Source of the DNA: Octopus sinensis
Taxonomy: Eukaryota
Direction: 5' to 3'
Length of the DNA: 30,726 bases
Assembly: GCF_006345805.1 (NCBI RefSeq)
Contig: NW_021832471.1
Span: forward strand, 1 to 30,726
Each line of letters opens with the position of its first letter. Positions within the stretch are counted from its first letter, which is position 1. Shown piece by piece: positions 25,592 to 30,726 of this stretch. Both the position numbers and the translations under genes were made by a program. The notes under the pieces were generated by a model. That model was not told the DNA's origin. It made no database searches and was given only the letters and a program-made list of their open reading frames with translations.

Positions 25592-27595
25592 TACTTTGAT
25601 ACTTTGATACTTTGATAGGTTTCGGCCATTATTGGCCCAGGCCATGTCTAACTTAATAGCACCACCTGGTGAAGTCTTTCAAGTCAGAATTTGGGCACTA
25701 TGGCCCACTCAAGTAGAGAGTTATTGTTTACAGAGACATATCCGGGTGTAGGGGGTTTATCCGGGATTTCTTGAAGAATTTGTCCAAAGACTTCTTGAAC
25801 CCTATAGGGTCAGTTCTGTTTTAAATGCGTTTTGGTGTAATGTTAAAGAGAGCGGGGCCAATTGAGGTGAAATAATTGTGCCGTATTGTTGTTATGAGAT
25901 GAGAGTGCGATTTTTGTTTTGGGCGGATGGCAAGCGGGGCCCAAGCCTTGGATGTACCTTAAAGGTGATGCCAACATCATTTGGGCAATGCTGATGGAAT
26001 ATTTTCCACATCATGCAGATGATTAGCGCTCACGACGACGTTGGAGAGAATAGAGTTTTAGCTTTTCTAGTCGACCCCAATAGTCGAGGCCTGTCATGCC
26101 ATCTATCTTTTTTGTGATTGCCCTTTGAGGTGCTTCGACTTTTATGATACCTTGTATTGTGTGGGGAGAGCCACAGTGGACAACAGTATTCAAGGTGGGG
26201 TCGGGCAAAGGTGGAGAAGAGAGGGGGATAATGGTGTGGATATCTCTCGACTGAAAGTTCTGAGAATCCAGGAACACATTCTGCGGGCCATGTCAATTTT
26301 CAATTTGTGTTTATATGAGTGGCCCAGCTTACGTTGTTGTCCACAATTACTCCCAAGTCTCTGATGTTGTTGGACGCGCCGTGAGAGTTTCACCTGAAGG
26401 AAGGGAGTATGGGAGTTTTCAGGGCATCCTCTTTTCCAAAGTGGATTAGCTCAAATTATCCTCGTTCTCAGCAGCATATTGTTTTTTCTGCCCATTGGAT
26501 AACAGCCAGTAGATCTGACTGAAGGCATGTCCGGTCACTCACTCGCTTCATTTATACCTTCTGTAGCTTGGAGTCATCTGCAAAGATTTTTATGTTGCTG
26601 TGCTTGATGATGTCATTAATGTCATTAATGTAAATGATGAAAAGAAGTGGGCCAGCACAGTGCCTTGCGGAACGCCACTACTGACTTTGGCTGGGCTTGA
26701 TTTTACCCCTTCAACTACAACATGTTGAGATCTGTCTGTCAGGAAACACTTAATCCATTTCAGTAACTTTCCAGAGACACCAATGTTGGATAGTTTTTTT
26801 CCAATAGGATCTTGTGATCGACCCTGTCGAAGGCCTTACTGAAATCAAGGTAGATGACATCGGTGTTGGAGCCCTCTCCCAAAGCTCTCAAAATGTCCTC
26901 AAAGTGATGCGGAGCTGCGTTAGGCAGTCCCTTCCATTACGGAACCCATGTTGGTTGGAGATCAGCCGTCTGTTGCTTTCCAGAATTGGGTTATTTGAGA
27001 TCTCACCACCCTCTCAAATACCTTGATGATATGAGAGGTGAGTGAGATCGGACGGTAATTCACTGCAAGGGACTTGTTTCCCTTTTTGAAAACTGGGACA
27101 AACAGACTGGGACAGAAGGTTTTTTGGAATATAGCCAGCATCCAGTGAGTTTCTCCACAGATTAGCAAGGGGAGATGCAAGTTGTGTCGACACAACACCT
27201 TCAGGACACAAGCAGGGAACCTATCGGGGCCTACTGCTGAATTGTGTTTTATTCGTTTATCGCGCGCTAAGACATCAGGGGCACTAAACGTTATGTTCCG
27301 ATATAGTGTGTTGGGGGTTGACATCACTGATACAGCCCAGATCGGCCATATCAGGATTGCTGAAAACAGAGCAGTATTGTTTCTGCAGTATCTCGGCCAT
27401 GGATTTGGCATTATCTTGGAGAGTGCCAGTTTCGTCAATTAGAGGGCCTACAGTGGAGACAGTGACCCTGCGTTTCCTCGCAAATGAAAAGACACTTTGG
27501 GGTTGAGTTTGATTTTTTCAATGGCCCACTTCTCCTCAGCTGATCTTTGGTTATTGATGAGGGACTTCATGCATTGTTGGAGGTTATATTTTTTG
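25592..27595 (-). mobile_element. 5'-truncated CR1/L2-group LINE, RT pseudogene with many frameshifts
   Basis: SAVGPD, VPVFKKG..NYRPISLTSHIIKVFER, SGVPQGTV, LFIIYINDI, KIFADDSK, LYSLQRRRER; 3' tail (TATCAAAG)3 at 25592-25617. Confidence 0.9.
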
Positions 27596-28284
27596 GATTA
27601 TATATATATATATATATACATATATATATACATACACATATATATATATATACATATATGTACATACGTACACACACACACCACACACAACACATATATA
27701 TATATATATATATATCTATACTATATTATATATATATATACATATATGTATATCACCAGATATATATTATGTTTGTATGCATACATTTGCAAACTTATTG
27801 ATGGGCGGATAGATATTTCTAGAATAATGAAGACAAACCAACGTCTTGACAAACAGTTGACGTCATAGTTCTTTGTATCCAAAATAATGCTAAGACAAAC
27901 CAATTTTCAAAGTAGATTTCCATTATCGCAGACCATCCTCCAGTTTTCTTTATTAGCATTATTATTATTATAGTAAATCCGCACTACACAACTGCGTAAT
28001 GCACATAAAAACCTGTTTGGCTTTAGGTCACATTAACAGCGATCGCAAAAGCAAAATGTATGTATGTATGTATGTATGTATGTATGTATGTATGTATGTA
28101 TGTATGTATGTATGTATGTATCTATTTATCTATCTATCTAGCTAGCTAGCTATCATCTATTTATTTATCTATCTATCACATATGTGTGTTTATGTATATA
28201 TATTTACATAGGTATACATGTATTTATATATATGTATTTATATATATGTATTTATATATATGTATATATATATGTATCTATATA

Positions 28285-28346
28285 TAAGGTATTTTTCGAT
28301 GTTGTTATTGTTGTTGTTGTTGCTATTATTATTTTTATTATTATTA

Positions 28347-28381
<35 letters not shown>

Positions 28382-28493
28382 CAAGTCCCTGCCTGGAATT
28401 GAACTCGGAATCTTGGGGTTAGTAACCCGCGCTCTTAACCCCAAGATTCCGAGTTCGATTCCAGGCAGTAACCTGAATAATAATAATAATAAT
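28285..28493. mobile_element. Fold-back tRNA-like SINE head joined by (AAT)n to family H3 sequence
   Basis: 28376-28421 and 28436-28481 are inverted arms; minus strand GGTTAAGAGCGCGGGTTACTAACCC...GAGTTCAATTCC; 28285-28303 is the reverse complement of 2258-2276. Confidence 0.7.
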
Positions 28494-28727
28494 TTACTCC
28501 ATATGTTAATGATATCTTTGACAAAAAACTTTGCAAAACTAACCCCTGGGCCATTGCACCTCCACCGTTCTCCACTCAATTTGTGTTAGTGTCATACGGG
28601 GAAAAGTCATGATTTAAGTTGTTAGCTCCATAAATCCAACATATTGAATCTTTATAGCTAAAAACCACTACAAAAATGTCTATATCTAATCCTATGATCA
28701 TCCTCGACTGACTATATCGTACTCACA

Positions 28728-28763
<36 letters not shown>

Positions 28764-28804
28764 ATTTAGGTCGGTAGAGTCAAACGGTACTTTGTACTTG
28801 ATAC

Positions 28805-28866
28805 GGAGGGTGATGCTCCAGCATGGCTGCAGTCTAATGACTGATGCAAATAAAAGATCAAAGAGA
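28805..28866 (+). mobile_element. SINE family A 3' tail fragment
   Basis: GCTCCAGCATGGCTGCAGTC..AAATAAAAGA matches ~4850-4900. Confidence 0.6.
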
Positions 28867-29416
28867 AAAGATGTATCTGTGTCTCGAAGCATCTCGTGTA
28901 CTCTGTGGTATATTTTCGAATATTTAGTGATTAATAAACATTAAATTTTATCACCTTTCTCATCGGATTTTAATATTTTATGAGAAAAATTTTATTGCTT
29001 TGCGATACTTTTTCTTCTCAAATAATTTCCGATTGGATTTACAATTTGGAAAAAAAAATTAGATAGGTTAAAATTGTCATTTTATATATTTCCATATTTC
29101 TTATCGTTTTTACTTTTATAAATGCATAAATAAATGATTAAATTCATAGAATTCTGTTTTGTATGAAACAATGCATTTCGTTCATTTTCCACAATAAATT
29201 GCCTAGACCGATATTTTGGTTATATGACTAATATTAAACGCCCTAAACATCAGTTTGTGAAATTATCTGACAGCAGACACTTAGTGTAGATTTCACCTTG
29301 AGGTTCAAGTTGTCGTAAACGCATTTTAACATCAACCACAGAATAAAGTAGTCATAAATATTGTCTTAAGTCCAGTGGTTCCACAGAGTATTTGATACAC
29401 ACACACACACACCACA

Positions 29417-29503
<87 letters not shown>

Positions 29504-29511
<8 letters not shown>

Positions 29512-29599
29512 ATATTTCGGAATGGTCATTTTGCCAGTTTAGCCAATAAAAACACACGCACTAAACTGGCAAAATGACCATTGCGAAATATAACAATAT
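29504..29599. repeat. Hairpin with 39-bp arms and 18-nt loop next to (TA)n
   Basis: 29504-29542 and 29561-29599 are reverse complements with one mismatch. Confidence 0.9.
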
Positions 29600-29656
29600 C
29601 TGTTTCAACACACGACTTCACATAAAAAATCTTGCACAACAAATATATAAACGTAC

Positions 29657-29700
<44 letters not shown>

Positions 29701-29701
29701 G

Positions 29702-29848
29702 GACGGGTTTCTTTCAGTTTCCGTCAACCAAATTCACCCACAAAACTTTGGTCAAGGTTATTGTAGAAGACACTTGCCCAAGTTGCCAGGCAGTGGAACT
29801 GAACCTGGAACCATACAGTTGGGAGGCAAGCTTTTTGCCACACACCCA
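29702..29848 (-). mobile_element. SINE family A 5' half
   Basis: Reverse complement of ~4505-4655. Confidence 0.75.
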
Positions 29849-30263
29849 GGAATAGGGCTATATACATAGCATACAAATATACATATACGTATTCATATAC
29901 ACACATACACAACAGCATATGTGTGTGCACATAATGTATACAGACATATATATGCATGGTGTGTGTGTGCGTGCGCGCGAATGTATGAATGTGCGCGCGT
30001 GTTTTCAACCTCGGGCCCAGGAAAAGTTGAGAGCTATTTGTGCAAGGTGCATATCTATGAAATTTGAAGCTCGTAAAATGTATACAATTTCGACGGTTTT
30101 GTGCAGGAGACCTCGTGGAAGATTAAAACCAAGAGACAATGGGTTATAACGGATTACAAATGAATTATTGAGCGGATTTATATGTGTCAGAATGGTTCAA
30201 ACGAAAGCAAGTTAGTGTGTCAGAGCATTATGATCTCTTGAGAGAACTGTAAAATACATATGG

Positions 30264-30426
30264 TTCTCCGTCGATTACGACGACGCGTGTTCCAGTTGAT
30301 CCGATCAACGAAACAGCCTGCTCGTTAAATTAACGTGTAAGTGGCTGGCCAATCCCCAGGCATGCGTACCCTTAATGTAGTTCTCGGGGAACTTCAGCTT
30401 CACACAGTATGTGACAAAGCTGGTCT
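30264..30426 (-). mobile_element. SINE family C 3' part
   Basis: Homologous to 20336-20496. Confidence 0.8.
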
Positions 30427-30726
30427 AATTATAACACATAATAAATAATACAAGCCTAAATAAATTAATTTGGTCAATTAAAGACTAAAACAATAGCTAT
30501 TCTATCGGGTGAGGATCAATTAGTACTGATAAGCCTTGTCGAGTAGGAGGAAATAGATGCAACTTATGCGCTTAGGACCTATTCAAAATATTTACATGAA
30601 GACACGAACATTCGGGCTTGATATAACAAATGGAACAATATAACCTAAAAATAAAAATATTTAATAACTATCATTAATAAAAAAACAAACAAACAATGTA
30701 CAACTATGTACAAATAATGAGCAACC

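Overview
AT-rich, microsatellite-saturated animal genomic DNA, intergenic or intronic. The SINE families and repeat landscape resemble coleoid cephalopods, probably Octopus (inference from recall, not a search). No intact host gene is supported; nearly all listed ORFs are microsatellite or antisense artefacts. Content: three R4/Dong-type RLE retrotransposon fragments nested in a (TAA)n array, a Tx1/L1-clade 3' end inside (TCTA)n, a CR1-like RT pseudogene, an RTE 3' end, degraded Tx1 RT and probable Ty3/gypsy integrase remnants, and several tRNA-derived SINE families. The main unexplained signal is a set of about five unrelated short non-coding families that each carry a minimal type-I hammerhead ribozyme (HHR) fold, mostly with a palindromic helix III, usually in (TA)n and often as fold-back inverted repeats. 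One is a ~560-bp x 2.4 tandem array with one HHR per full monomer (retrozyme-like), one appears linked to a tRNA-like Pol III head, and one has captured an inverted copy of DNA from ~1 kb upstream. All folds were paired by eye and are untested.
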